Positions 1 through 14,767 of a stretch of DNA of 64,000 nt are shown in pieces (positions within the stretch are counted from its first letter, which is position 1; each line of letters begins with the position of its first letter). The position numbers were made by a program, and so were the translations under genes. The notes under the pieces are model-generated. The model worked only from the letters and a program-made list of their open reading frames with translations. It had not been told where the DNA came from and did no database searches. Source of the DNA: the human T2T-CHM13v2.0 reference genome, Homo sapiens; NCBI RefSeq assembly GCF_009914755.1, contig NC_060935.1; one strand, 5' to 3'.

Positions 1-2117
<2,117 letters not shown>

Positions 2118-4897
2118 TGACTAGTTCAACAGAAAAATATCACAATCCTAAATATATATGTACTTAACAGTGGAGCTACCAAATATATAAAACAATTACT
2201 ACTAGACCTAAGAAATGAGATAGAGAGCAACACAGTAAAAATGGGGGACTTCAATACTCCACTGACAGCACTAGTCAGGTCATCAAGACAGAAAGTCAAC
2301 AAAGAAACAATGGATTTAAACTATACCCTAGACCAAATGAACTTAACAGATATTTACAAAACATTCTACCCAACAAGCACAGAATATACATTCTATTCAT
2401 CAGCACATGGAACTTCCTCTAAGATAGACCATATAATAGGACACAAAACTATTCTCAATAATTTAATAATGTTGAAATTATATCAAGTTCTCTCTCAGAC
2501 CACAGTGGAATAAAATTGGAAATCAACTCGAAAAAGAACCTTTGAAATTATGCAACTATATGGAAATTAAATAACCTGCTTCTGAATTATCACTGGGTCA
2601 ACAATGAAATCAAGAAGGAAATTTAAAAATTCTTCAAACTGAATAACAATGACACAATCTATCAAAACCTCTGGAACACACCAAAGGCAGTGCTAAGAGG
2701 AAAGTTCAAAGCCTTAAATGCCTACATCAAAAAGACAGAAAGAGCACAAACTGACATTCTAAGGTCACATCTTGAGGAACTAGAGAAACAAGAACAAACC
2801 AAACCCAAACCCAAGAGAAGAAAAGAAATAACCAAGATCAGAGCAGGACTAAATGAAACTGAAACAAAAACAAAAAAATACAAAAGATAAATAAAATGAA
2901 TAGACCATTAGCCAGATTAATCAAGAAAAGAAGAGAGAAGATACAAATAAGCTCAATTAGAAATGAAACAGGAGATATTACAACTGACACCACAGAAATA
3001 CAAAAGATCATTCAAGGCTACTATGAACACCTTTAAATGCATAAACTAGTAAACCTAAAAAAGATGGATAAATTCCTGGAAATATACAACCTGCTCAGTT
3101 TAAATCAGGAATAATTAGAAACCATGAACAAACCAATAACAAGCAGTAAGATTGAAATGGTAAAAAAAAAAAAAAAAAAAAAAAAAATTACCAACAAAAA
3201 AAAGTCCAAGACCAGGTGGATTCACAGATGAATTCTCTCAGACATTAAAAGAACTGATACCAATCCTACTGCCATTATTCCACAAGATAAAGAGGGAGTC
3301 CTCCCTAAATTACTCTATGAAGCCAATATTGCCCTAATGCCAAAACCAGAAAATGACATAACAACAACAACAAAAAACTACAGACCAATATCCCTGATGA
3401 ACATAGATGCAAAAGTCCTTAACAAAATACTAGCTAAACGAATCCAACAGCATATCAAAAGGATAATCCACCAAGATCAGGTGGGTTTCATACCAGGCAT
3501 GCAGGGATGATTTAACATATGCAAGTCAATAAATGTGATACACCACATATGCATAACATTTTAAAAATCACATAATCATCTCAATAGATGCAGAAAAATC
3601 ATTTGACAAAATCCAGCATCCCTTTATGATTTAAACCCACAACAAAATTAGCATAGAAAGGACATAACTTGAGGTAATAAAAGCCATCTATGAGAAACCC
3701 ACAGCCAACATAATACTGAATGGGGAAAAGATGAAAGGATTCCCTCTGAGAACTGTAACAAGACAAGGATCCTCGCTCTCACCGCTTCTATTTAACATAG
3801 AAATGGAAGTAGTAGCTGGAAAAATCAGACAAGAGAAAGAAATAAAGGGCATCCAAATCGGTAAAGAGGAAGTCAAATAGTCACTGCTTGCTGATGATAT
3901 AACTGTTTACCTAAAAAATCCTAAAGACTCCTCCAGAAAGCTCATAGAACGGATGAATTCAGCAAAGTTTCAGGATATAAAATTAATGTACACAAATCAT
4001 TAGCTCTGCTATACACCAACAGTGACCAATCTGAAAATCAAATCAAGAACTCAACCCCTTTTACCATAGCTGCAAAAAAGAAAATAAAATACGTAGGAAT
4101 ATACCTAACCAAGGAGGTTAAAGACCTCTACAAGGAAAAATACAAAATGCTGCTGAAAGAAATCATAGAGGACACAAACAAATGGAAAAACATCCTATGT
4201 TCATGGATGGATAGAAGCGATATTGTGAAAATGACCATACTGCCAAAAGCAATCTACAAAATCAATGCAATTTCCATGAAAATACCACCAACATTCTTCA
4301 CAGAACTAGAAAAAAAATCCTAAAATCCATATGGAACCAAAAAAATAGCCCACATAACCAAAGAAAGACTAAACAAAAAGAACAAATCTGGAGGCATTAT
4401 CTAAATTCAAACTATATTATAAGGCCATAGTCAAAAACTATATTCTACGGCCATGTCAAAACAACATGGTACTGGTATACAAATAGGTATATGGACTAAT
4501 GGAACAGCATAGAGAGCCCAGAAATAAAGCCAAATACTTACAGTCAACCAACCTTTAACAAAGCAAACAAAAACATAGAGTAGGAAAAGGACACCCTATT
4601 CAACAAGTGGTGCTGGGATAATTGTCAAGCCACATGTAGACGAATGAAACTGGATCCTCATCTCTCACCTTACACAAAAATCAACTCATGATGAATCAAA
4701 GACTTACATCTAAGACCTGAAACCATAAAAATCCTAGAAGATAACATCAGAAAAACGCTTCTAGATATTGACTTAGGCAAAGACTTCATTTCCAAGAAGC
4801 CAAAAGTAAATGCAACAAAAATAAAGATAAATATATGGAACTTAATTAAGCTAAAGAGCTTCTGCACAGCAAAAGAAATAATTAGCAGAGTAAACAG
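2118..4897 (+). mobile_element. LINE-1 L1PB-type ORF2 (EN to post-RT), host of the upstream L1PA; 3' end missing
   Basis: EN motifs MGDFNTPL and SKIDH in ORF 2241-2513; continues through RT-like sequence with many stops and frameshifts. Confidence 0.9.
3162..3187 (+). repeat. Poly(A)26 expansion inside L1PB ORF2
   Basis: Uninterrupted A run. Confidence 0.95.
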
Positions 4898-5697
4898 ACT
4901 AAGCAATCTTCAGAGTCAGTGCAAATCCTGACAAAATATCAACATCATTTATCAAAGAATTAGAAAAAAATTCTAAAATTCATATGGAACCAAAAAAGAG
5001 CCCAAATGGCCAAGGCAATCCTAAGCAAAAAGAACAAAGCTAGAGGCACCACATTACCTGACTTCAAATTATACTACGAGCCTATAGTAACCAAAACAGC
5101 ATGATACTGGCACAAAACTAGACACATAGACCAATGTAACAGAATAGAGAATCCAGAAATAAAGCCAAATGCCTACAAACAACTGATCTCTGACAAAGTA
5201 GACAAAAACATACACTGGGGGAGAAAAAAAGCCCTATTCAATAAATGGTCCTGGGAGAATTGGACAGCCACATGCAGAAGAATGAAACTGGATCCTTATC
5301 TCTCTCACCATATACAAAAATTAGTTCAAGATGGATTAAAGACTTGGATGTAAAATGTGAAACCATAAAAATTCTAGAAGGAAACCTAGGAAAAATTTTT
5401 CTGGACATTGACCTGGGCAAAGAATTTATTACAAAGACTCCAAAAGCAAACAAAAACAAATAAATAGGACTTGGTTAAGCTAAAAAGCTTCTGCACAGCA
5501 AAATAAATAATCAGCAGAGTAAACAGACAACCTACAGAGTGGGAAAAAAATCTTCACAAACTATGCATCTGACAAAGGACTAATATCCAGAATCTACAAT
5601 GAACTCAAATCAGCAAGAAAAAAAACAAATAATCTCAAATAAGAAATGGGCAAATGACATGAACAGACATTTTTCAAAAGAAGATATACAAATGACC

Positions 5698-5839
5698 TAG
5701 CATTAGGAGATATACCTAATGTTAAATGATGAGTTAATGGGTGCAGCACACCAACATGGCACATGTATACATATGTAACTAACCTGCACATTGTGCACAT
5801 GTACCCTAAAACTTAAAGTATAGTAAAATAAATAAATAA
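5698..5839 (+). mobile_element. Extremely 5'-truncated L1PA4-like insertion (142 bp) with target-site duplication (TSD)
   Basis: L1PA 3' terminus flanked by the perfect direct repeat AAAAGAAGATATACAAATGACC at 5676-5697 and 5840-5861. Confidence 0.95.
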
Positions 5840-6271
5840 AAAAGAAGATATACAAATGACCAACAAATATATGCAAAAAAAATGCTCTACATCACTAATC
5901 ATCAGGGAAATGAAAATTAAAACTACAATGAGATATCACCTTACTCCAGTCAGGATGGCCACTATAAAAAGTATTTTTTAAAAAATCAATAGATATTGGT
6001 GCAAATATGGTTAAAAGAGAACACTTATACACTGTTGGTAGAAATGTAAATTAGTACATCCTCTATGGAAAACAGTATGGAAATTTCTCAAAGAAATGAA
6101 AGTAGATCTATCATTTGATCCAGCAATCCCACTACTAGGTATCTACCCGAAGTAAAGAAGTCACTATATCAAAAAGACATTTGCACCCATATGTTTATTG
6201 CAGCACAATTCACAATTGCAAAGATATAGAATCAACCTAAGTACCCATCAACCAATGATTGACCTAAAAAA

Positions 6272-6390
6272 GTGATATGACGTCATATATATATCACATT
6301 TATTTATAGATAATATATACATGATATATTTACATAGATATATATGTGATATATATGTCGTATGGTGTGTGTGTGTATATATGTATATTT
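6272..6390. repeat. AT/GT-rich low-complexity, imperfectly palindromic expansion in an L1 3' region
   Basis: TA-rich tract; palindrome ATATGACGTCATAT at 6275-6288; (GT)n at 6365-6376. Confidence 0.8.
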
Positions 6391-6764
6391 CATGGAATAC
6401 TACTCAGCCATAAAAAGGAACAATATATTGTATTTTGCAGCAACTGAGATGGAACTTGAAGCCATTATCCCAAGTGAAGTAACTAAGGAATGGAAAATCA
6501 AATACCGCATGTTATTGCTTATAGGTGAGAGGTGAGCTGTGGGTACACAGATGCATGCAGAGTGGTATAATGTACATTATCAACTCAGATGGGGGAAGGT
6601 ATAAAGAAGAGTGAGGGATGGAAAATTACCTATTGGGTACAATTTACACTATTTGTGCAATGGATACACTAAAAGCCCAGACTTTACCGCTATGCAATTC
6701 ATCCACATAACTAAAAACCCCTTGTAGCCCCAAAGCTATTGAAATATATATAAATAAATATGCT

Positions 6765-7155
6765 GAAGCACAGAGAGTAAAACAAAAAAAAATCTAAATG
6801 ACCAGTGAGGCATTCAGTGGTTTAACATATACTTGTTTGGAGGCTCATGAGAAAAGCAAAGAGAAAGAGGAGACGAAAAACATTTAAAGAACTAATGACT
6901 GAAAATTTTGCAAATTGGATGAAAACTCTGAATCCACAAATGAAAGAATCTGAATGAACCCAAGCAAGATAAAATTAACTACACATAAGAATATTATAAC
7001 AGAATCAATGAAAGCTAGTCATAAAGAGAAATTTCTAAAAGCAGCCAGAGAGAAAAGAAAGGTTAGATTAAGAGGAACGCATATAAGAAGCAATGCTGAC
7101 TTCTTATCAGAAGCAATGCGAGGCAGAAACCACTTTTAAAGTGCTAAAATATAAA
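6765..7155 (+). mobile_element. Ancient L1M ORF1 fragment
   Basis: Translation KEKFLKAAREKR...IRSNADFLSEAM resembles the ORF1p RRM/CTD region. Confidence 0.8.
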
Positions 7156-7229
7156 TGCTTATATCAAAGCCCAGTGCTTAGTATTCCTTAAAAGGTAGCT
7201 AGATTTATAACTACTTATAGATAGGTATT

Positions 7230-7900
7230 TCCATTTATTCAGTAAACAAACATCTAGTAAGCATTTATTGTGTACCAAACCCTGCTACCTCCTCTTGAGG
7301 GGTTCACAATCTGGTAGGAAGATAAATAGAAGAATAAAGCAAGTGATAAAGCAAAAACAAATTGTTAAATATCTCAAGTGAAGTGGACAACCTGCCTTCC
7401 TAAGAAGAAATTAGTGGAATTTTAAACACAAGTGAATGCTTGTGAGAAAAATAAGGTGAATAAAAGCAATTACAGAGAAGCAACTGTATACACAAAAGCA
7501 TATTGCCGAGCAAAATCACAGAGTAGCTCTGAGCAGCAGGAGAACAGGCTGTGTATGAGACAGTGGAGATAAATGCAATTTGAGAGGTTCCTGAGTTAGA
7601 TCCCCAAAACCCTGATATGACATGGCAAATAGTAGGGATTTTTACCCTGAGAACACTGTGGCATCACTGAAGGACTTAAAATAGAAAAGTAACATAACTG
7701 GATTTTCATTTTAGAAGGATCATTCTCATTTTGAAGAATGGTTTGGAGGCAAGCAGACTAGTTAGGAAGCTAAACAATTTAGGAACTATATAGAGATGGA
7801 CTGGACTTCAGATAATATGGTGGAGATGGAAAAGCATCAACAGAATTTAGTGGCCAAATGACTCCCAACTTTCCGGCATGGGCTATTAATAGAGTTTACT
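7230..7900 (-). mobile_element. LINE-2 fragment
   Basis: Antisense L2 3' end (ATTCAGTAAACAAACAT...AGCATTTATTGTGTACCA) followed by degenerate purine-rich L2 body. Confidence 0.6.
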
Positions 7901-10362
7901 AAAATATTAAGGAAACATTCTACCTTCACGAGCACTATTCACCAATCTTCTAGACAGAAACTAACTTCCTAAACTTAACTTTATCTTAAGAGTTAAATTG
8001 TTGCCCTGCATTTAGGAAACTTCTTTCACATGATTAAATTAAACTTGATTCAGCACTAATAGAAGTTGCATCCCAAAAGTCAGGGATCAGAACTAAAGAG
8101 CAGGAAAAAGAAAAAAGATGGAAAAAAATGCTTTAATTCTTTATATTTGAGCCCGGTTGAAATTTAAGCCCAGATTTTTTATCTGTGCCTTAATCAGAGC
8201 CAAGTTTTCTTTAGTCTTCTTACCTGTAGCACTAGGACTACAACATAACAGAGAGCATAGGGCAAATAGTTTCTGTTGGACAAGTGGGACTTGACCTTAT
8301 CCATGTGTAGATCCTGCTGAATTTTCCTTGCTGAAATTTGAATTTTTCTAAATAGTTCTGTGAAAATCACTTCTCCCTCCTTACTTTCACCAGCTCCTTC
8401 CTAATCACCAACCTTCTCATCTTAGTTAGCTCAGACCCATAGGGTATACATATAGTAAATAAGATACTTCCAGTACTGATTCAAATCAAAGATGTTGCAT
8501 TAAGTCAACAAATTGCTAACTTTTTCTGGCCTCAGTTATTTTATCTACAAAAAGGGAATAAAAATCCTTATCTGCCATAAGATAGGGTAGACCTAGTCAA
8601 ATCTTGACCCTTCTTATAGTGCCATAATTGATCTATAACTGAGTACAGACTTTTTTTAACCCCATTTGGTAAAATCATTGATCATAAATCACTGGACAGT
8701 TTCTGATCCCTGCTTAACTGGATTAAGAAATTAAACAAGTAAATTTCATGGAATGTACATAATGTCTGACACTGATTTATAGTATAATACAAAGAACCTA
8801 ATGAAGTCCTGGTACTTCATACCAGGACTTAGGGTATCTTATTTACTATGAAATTCCAGTCATGAATCTGAATTTTAATCAGCTATCCAAAGAGAAGCAG
8901 TTTGCTCCCTGCATTGCTTAATTTAGCATATGCAAAGAAAAATCTGTCTACAGTGATTCATGTGCGCATATTCAGTGCTAAGGTTTTCAATAATTTTTTA
9001 CCCATAAGTATTGTACTTATCATGGCTTCATGAGCTATAAATGCTGATGTGGATGATATAATCGGAAACATTCTGATAAACAACATGGAAATACTACATG
9101 AATATAATTAACCTGTGTGGAAAGTAAAAAACAAAAAACAAACAAAAAGACTATAAACTGCATGTGGCCACAATCCCTTAGAAGTACTTAAAGAATAGAT
9201 ACAAGAATATTCTAAATAACATTTTCAGTCTGATTTTGACAGCATACAATTAAATGTATGATTCATGTTTACTATTTTATATTTCAATTATACAGTAAAG
9301 AAAAGCTCATGTCCTTTCGAACCACAGCATTACCTCAGCTTTTTCACATTTCATTCTTGTAATAAACTACATATTTTTCCTTCCATGGAGAATACAAAGG
9401 AATAGGCAGAAAGCACCCTCTTAGAAAAAAAATATTTAAATGTGATGACCATTTGGTAAACTTACTGAAATAAAAATACTGAGCTTCCATTTCCAAAGTA
9501 ATACAATGAATTTTCTTAGACTACTCATTTGTCCCCTTATAAATGTTAGCAATAACAAAAGGTTGTCAGTTCTTAAAAATAAGAAGTGATAATTCACTTT
9601 TAAGAAGTAGACTTTGCCAGACTTTCTTTATATCATCTGACAGTCTTGACTACATCAAGGGTAGCCAAAGTAATAATTATCTATAAAACAATGGACAAGC
9701 TAGTCAGTTAAGTAAATTCCTGACTTAACCTTTAGCAGTAGGAGGAATAGATCAGAATAAAGTAGACTATTAGACATTTTTTTCAAATATTATTGAATTG
9801 AACTGATGATGAAATTCACTTTAAAAGCCATTACAACTAGAATTAACCTAGGAACATAGCTTAGGAGATTTGAGGAAAAGGCCATCATATTCACATTTTA
9901 TTTTACTCATACTTGTGCAGGAAATAAAAATTTTGAATTGCACAGCACATAACTTGAAGGGGACAAGGGAAGTTGGGTAGAATGTAGACTATTTGTAATT
10001 TTATATTTTGATACCCCTCTTATGTGATTCAAATAATCGAGGTAATTCAGTTTTACATGAGTGCAGGGGGGAACTGAGGCAGTAGGAAAATGTGAGAAGC
10101 AGAAATTGTGATGGTCACAGAATCATGAGCCAGAATCACTTTTTTTCCTACTATAAGTTTTCATTTCTTGCCAGAAGATGCCTAGCAGTCCTGCCCCACC
10201 AGAATTGTCTGAAACCTAGTAGAAAGCACATTTTACATTTAGAATAGGAGATATCTTTGCACCATGTGTATTTTCTACCGTACCTCAACAATTCTAGAAT
10301 AATTTAGCCCTCAGTCATTACAGAGTGCATCTACAAGACCTCAGAACAACAAAAGCCATTAG

Positions 10363-11958
10363 GCACAAAGCTATAGATCAAAATAGTATGGTGCTTACAT
10401 TAAAAAAAAAGGCACACAGACCAATATGATGGAATAGAAAGGCCAGAAATAAACCCACACATATACAGTCAACTAGTCTTTGATAAAAGCACCAAGAATA
10501 CAAAACAGGGAAAGGATATTCTCTTCAATAAATGGCGTTAGTTGAAATGAATATTCATAGGATATTCACGAAGTTGAATACGTGTATTACACCATGTACA
10601 AAAATTAACACAAAATGGAATAAAGACTTAAACATAAGAGCTGAAACTCTTAAAACTCCTAGAAGAAAACATAGGAGAAAATTCCATGATATTGGCCTTG
10701 ATAATAATTTTTTGGATATTACCCCAAAAGCACAGGCAACTAAAGCAAAAATAAACAAGTGGAATTTACTTCACACAGAAAAGGTCCCTCATAGCAAAGG
10801 AAACAGTCAACAGACTGAAAAGGCAAGCTAAAGAATCAGAGAAGATATTGGCAAACCATACATCTGATGAGCTAATATTCAAAATACACTAGGAACTCAA
10901 ATAACTCAAAGGCAAGTAAACAAATAACCTGATTAAAAATGGGCAAAGGAAATAGGCAAAAGTAAAGACATTTCTCAAAAGAAGACATTTAAATGGCCAA
11001 CAGTTATATGAAAAAATGTTCAACATCACTAATCATCAGGGAAATTCAAATCAAAACCATAATGAGATATCACCTCATACCTGTTAGGATGCCTATAACC
11101 AAAGAAGCAAGAGATAACAAGTTTTGCCAAGGCTGTAGAGAAAAGGAAACCCTTGTACACTTTTGATTGGAATGTAAATTAGTACAGCAGTCATGGAAAA
11201 CAGTATAAAAGTTCCTCAAAAAATTAAAAATAAAACTACCATACAATCCAGTAATTCCACTGCTGAGTATATATCCAAAGGAAATGAAATCTATATGTTG
11301 AAGAGGAGATATCAACACTCCCATGTTCACTGCAGCATCATTCACAATAGCCAAGATATAGAATCAACCTAAGTATCTATCAATGGATAAATGGATAAAG
11401 AAAACTTTTCACACACACATACACACATGCACACACACACACAATGGAATATTATTCAACCTTAAAAAAGAAGAAAATATTGCCATTTGCAACAACACAG
11501 AGGAACCTAGATGACATTATGCTAAGTGAAATAAGCCAGACACAGAAAGATAGATACAACATGATATCACTTATATGTGGAATCTAAAAAATCTAATTCA
11601 CAGAAATTCAGAGTAGAATTGTTGTTACCAGGGTCTGGGTGGAGGGTTGGAGGGAAAGTAGGGAAATGTTGGTCAAAGGCTATAAACTTTTGGTTATAAG
11701 TTGAATGAGTTCTGGTGGTCTAATGTGGAGCACTGTGACTATCTTTAACAAATGTTAGACACTTGAAATTTGCTAAGAAAGTAAACTTAAGTAGACTCAG
11801 CACACAAAAAAAGATAACTATGTAAGGTGATGGATATAGTAATTCACTTGATTATAGTAATCATTTCACAATGTATGTGTATATAAAAATATCACATTGT
11901 ACCCCTTAAATATGTGCAATTTTTATTTGTCAATTATACCTCAATAAAGCTGAAAACA
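10363..11958 (+). mobile_element. LINE-1 L1MA8/L1MA9-like 3' portion
   Basis: ORF2 C-terminal homology (ORF 10532-10831); L1MA 3'UTR ending TCAATTATACCTCAATAAAGCTG. Confidence 0.88.
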
Positions 11959-11986
11959 ATTTTTACAAGTAAAAAATGACTTTAGA

Positions 11987-12212
11987 TAATCTGTAGAGAC
12001 AGAAAGCAGGTTCATTGTTTGTTGACTAGGGCTGGGAATAGGAACAGGGATTAACTATGAAAGGGCATGAAGGTTGTTACAGGGTGATGGAAATATTCTT
12101 AAACTGCATTGGGATAATGGCACACAACTTGGTAAATTTACAAAAATTATTGAATTACACACCTAAAACGAGTGAACTTTATGGCATGCAAATTAATACT
12201 TCAATAGAGTTG
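11987..12212 (+). mobile_element. Old L1M (L1ME/L1MD-like) 3'UTR fragment
   Basis: GGGTGATGGAAATATTCTTAAACT...GTAAATTTAC...TTCAATA pattern typical of old L1 3' ends. Confidence 0.7.
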
Positions 12213-12751
12213 GGTTTAGAAAAAAAGAAGTTTTTAAGGTAAAACCTTAGCACCTCTGAGCCTAAATCAAATCTCTACACAGCTGTGGTTCCAGGAGGCT
12301 TCTAAGATAAACTCTGGAAGGTGATAATGAAAATGTTCTTCTCCCTTCAGTATCCAGGAAACAAGCAGAATAACTAATATCAAATCTGAGTCATTAAAAT
12401 AGCACTTAACAGCTAAGATCCCTAAAAATCTCTTTTCCTTTCTTATATTAATCATTAGGCAGTTTTGATAAGTATATCTGATCAATAAATGACATGTTAT
12501 AATTTCTCTGTTATAATTCTCATCTGTATTCTAAATATAATATAGAATAAATATCACATGGAATAAATAAATATCAGGCTTTAAGCCTTTTAAGTCTGCT
12601 GACTCAAATTTATTTCCCCAGACAGGTTCAAAAAAGAAATTGGTTTGTGTTATCAAGCCAGGCCCCTCATTCCTAATAAAGTCAGCAGACATGGCACACA
12701 GAGAGCAGTGCCTGCTAGAGAAAGACTTAGTTCCTCATATCAAGAACCAGT

Positions 12752-13020
12752 GGCCAGGTGTGGTAGCTCAACCCTGTAATCCCAGCACTTTGGGAGGCCG
12801 AGGCAGTCGGATCACCTGAGGTCAGGAGTTCAAGACCACCATGGCCAACATGGTGAAACCCTGTCAAATTAGGTGGCATTGGCCTCTAATCCCAACTACT
12901 TGGGAGACTGAGGCAGGAGAATCGCATGAACTTGGAGGCAGAGGTTGCAGTGAGCCGAGACTGCACAACTGCACTCCAGCCTGGGCGGCAGAATGAGACT
13001 ACGTCTCAAAAAAAAAAAAA
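12752..13020 (+). mobile_element. AluS (Sx-like) with the central A-rich linker deleted
   Basis: Alu dimer with A13 tail; TSD AAGAACCAGT / AAGAACTAGT; TCTACTAAAAATAC linker missing near 12865. Confidence 0.95.
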
Positions 13021-13212
13021 GAACTAGTAATTATAGCAGAACTGCTTAAAGAAGCTTATTTAGCACCTGCTCCCACCTCTCTAAGCTAGGTTTAAATTAT
13101 ATGAAGTTTGGGGAATTTGTCTTGATCTCGAAACAGCTGATGAAAAATCATTTTTATGTTTTTCTTTTCTTTTGTTACAGAATTTCAGTGCCATATGCCT
13201 AGCTTTGGTACC

Positions 13213-13602
13213 TATTATGGGCTGACAGTGTCCCCCCAAAATTCATATGTTGAAGCTCTAACCTCCAGGACCTCAAAATGTGACTATATTTGGAGAGAGG
13301 GCCATTAAAGAAGTAATTAAGGCAAAGTAAGGTCATATGGATGGGCCCAAATCTAATACGACAGTTATCCTTGTAAGAAGAGGAGATTAGAACAGGACAA
13401 CATACACAGAGAGAAGACCATAGGAAGACGCAAGGAGAACACAGCCATTGACAATAAAAGGAGAGAGGTCTTAGAGGAAACCAGCCCTGCTGACACCTTG
13501 ACCTTGGACTTCCAGCTTTCAGAACTGTGAGGAAGTAAATTTCTGTTGTTTAAACTATTGAATCTGTGGTATTTATTACAGCAGTCCTAGTAAACTAATA
13601 AA
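13213..13602 (+). mobile_element. MaLR solo LTR, MLT1B-like
   Basis: TATTATGGGCTG...CCCCCCAAAATTCATATGTTGAAG...CCTAGTAAACTAATA, about 390 bp. Confidence 0.88.
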
Positions 13603-14029
13603 GTGCTCTCCTCTGTTTTCTTGAGTTTATTTTTTTTTTTTTCATTCTCTCAGGCTGTGGTGGGGGCTGGAGGAAAGAGAGGGAGAGGAAGGCCAGGAGC
13701 AGTTCTGAAACAAGGAAATGGAAGAGAGAGACAATCCAAGATCAGATATTTTGCATTTTCTCTTTCTGATCACAGCCTTGACAAACTGTTTTTGCCATAA
13801 CACCTCATTATCTCTAACTCCTCCCCTCCCTTCTGCCAAGAGTCTTTATCTGTGACCCAAAGTAACTTACCCCTTCACCTCCTCTTCAGCCTCTTATTCT
13901 TCTATATCCTTCTAGCTTTATTTGTCTGCATATCCAGTTAAATCTCAACATCTGCTATTTCAGCCATGGCTTTACTAGAATCACAGAATCTGCTCCTGCT
14001 TCCTGGATATTCTGACTGCCCTCCATGTC

Positions 14030-14206
14030 AGCAGTTCCCAAACTCTAGTTTGGACTGGCTGTCGCACTAATCGGGGTGCTTGTGAAAAATACAGATTGTC
14101 AACCCACGTCTATTAAAGAGGCTCACTGGAGGTGGGGTCCTGGAATTTGTACTTTTCATAAGCTTCTCAGGTGATTCTGATGCCCAGCCTGATTTAGGAA
14201 CTATTA
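14030..14206. mobile_element. hAT-Charlie MITE, MER5A-like
   Basis: CAGCAGTTCCCAAACT...CAGGTGATTCTGATGC...TTTAGGAACTATT termini. Confidence 0.7.
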
Positions 14207-14494
14207 ACAATGCCAGTTCTCCACCTTGAATGACCCTAATGTTCATTTTCCCCACTCCTTTACTGCCAAGCATGGCTAGAGAACACCAGATTGCCACATC
14301 CTCTTTGTGTCAAACTACTTAATATCGCCTGGGCCCCCTGGACTCCTCAGAACGTTTTTAGTGTAGTTTATGACTTTCCATAGAGTTTCCCCAGCCACTT
14401 AAATTACCTGTCTTCTGAACTTTGTTTTATTCTCATGCTACTTCCTTTGCTCAAAGCAAGAAACATTGCTGCCCTGTTACTAAGAAGATAAGGG

Positions 14495-14660
14495 CCAGTC
14501 ACTTTCAACTGTGGCAGCACAGTAGACCCACCTTGGGAGCATTTAAAAATACTAGGATGTGGGCTACACTCCTAGAGACTCTGGTTTAATTTGGCCTGAC
14601 CCGGAATCTATATAGCTGTATTTTTTTTAATATCCCCAAGTGATCTTAAGAAACACTTGC
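14495..14660. mobile_element. hAT-Charlie MITE, MER5A1/MER5B-like
   Basis: GCAC...CACCTTGGGAGCATTTAAAAATACT...CCCAAGTGAT motif order. Confidence 0.55.
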
Positions 14661-14767
14661 TGAGGCCATTTGATACCAAATTATCTAACTTTTAACCCCC
14701 TTCTCCACATACACACACATACACTTTAATGATTTCTTTCTACTTTAACTTAAACTTTCTTCTTTTC

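Larger units (their letters stand above)
4898..6760 (+). mobile_element. LINE-1 L1PB3/L1PB4-like 3' portion (interrupted by a mini-L1PA)
   Basis: ORF2 3' region restarts at a position equivalent to ~4247; 3'UTR ends ...CCCCAAAGCTATTGAAATA plus A-rich tail. Confidence 0.85.

Noticed and set aside
4409-4460. Short tandem duplications (here, and at 26582-26610, 35675-35710 and 56317-56358)
   Set aside because: Ordinary slippage duplications inside dead repeats; two copies only and no spacers, so not CRISPR-like or VNTR arrays
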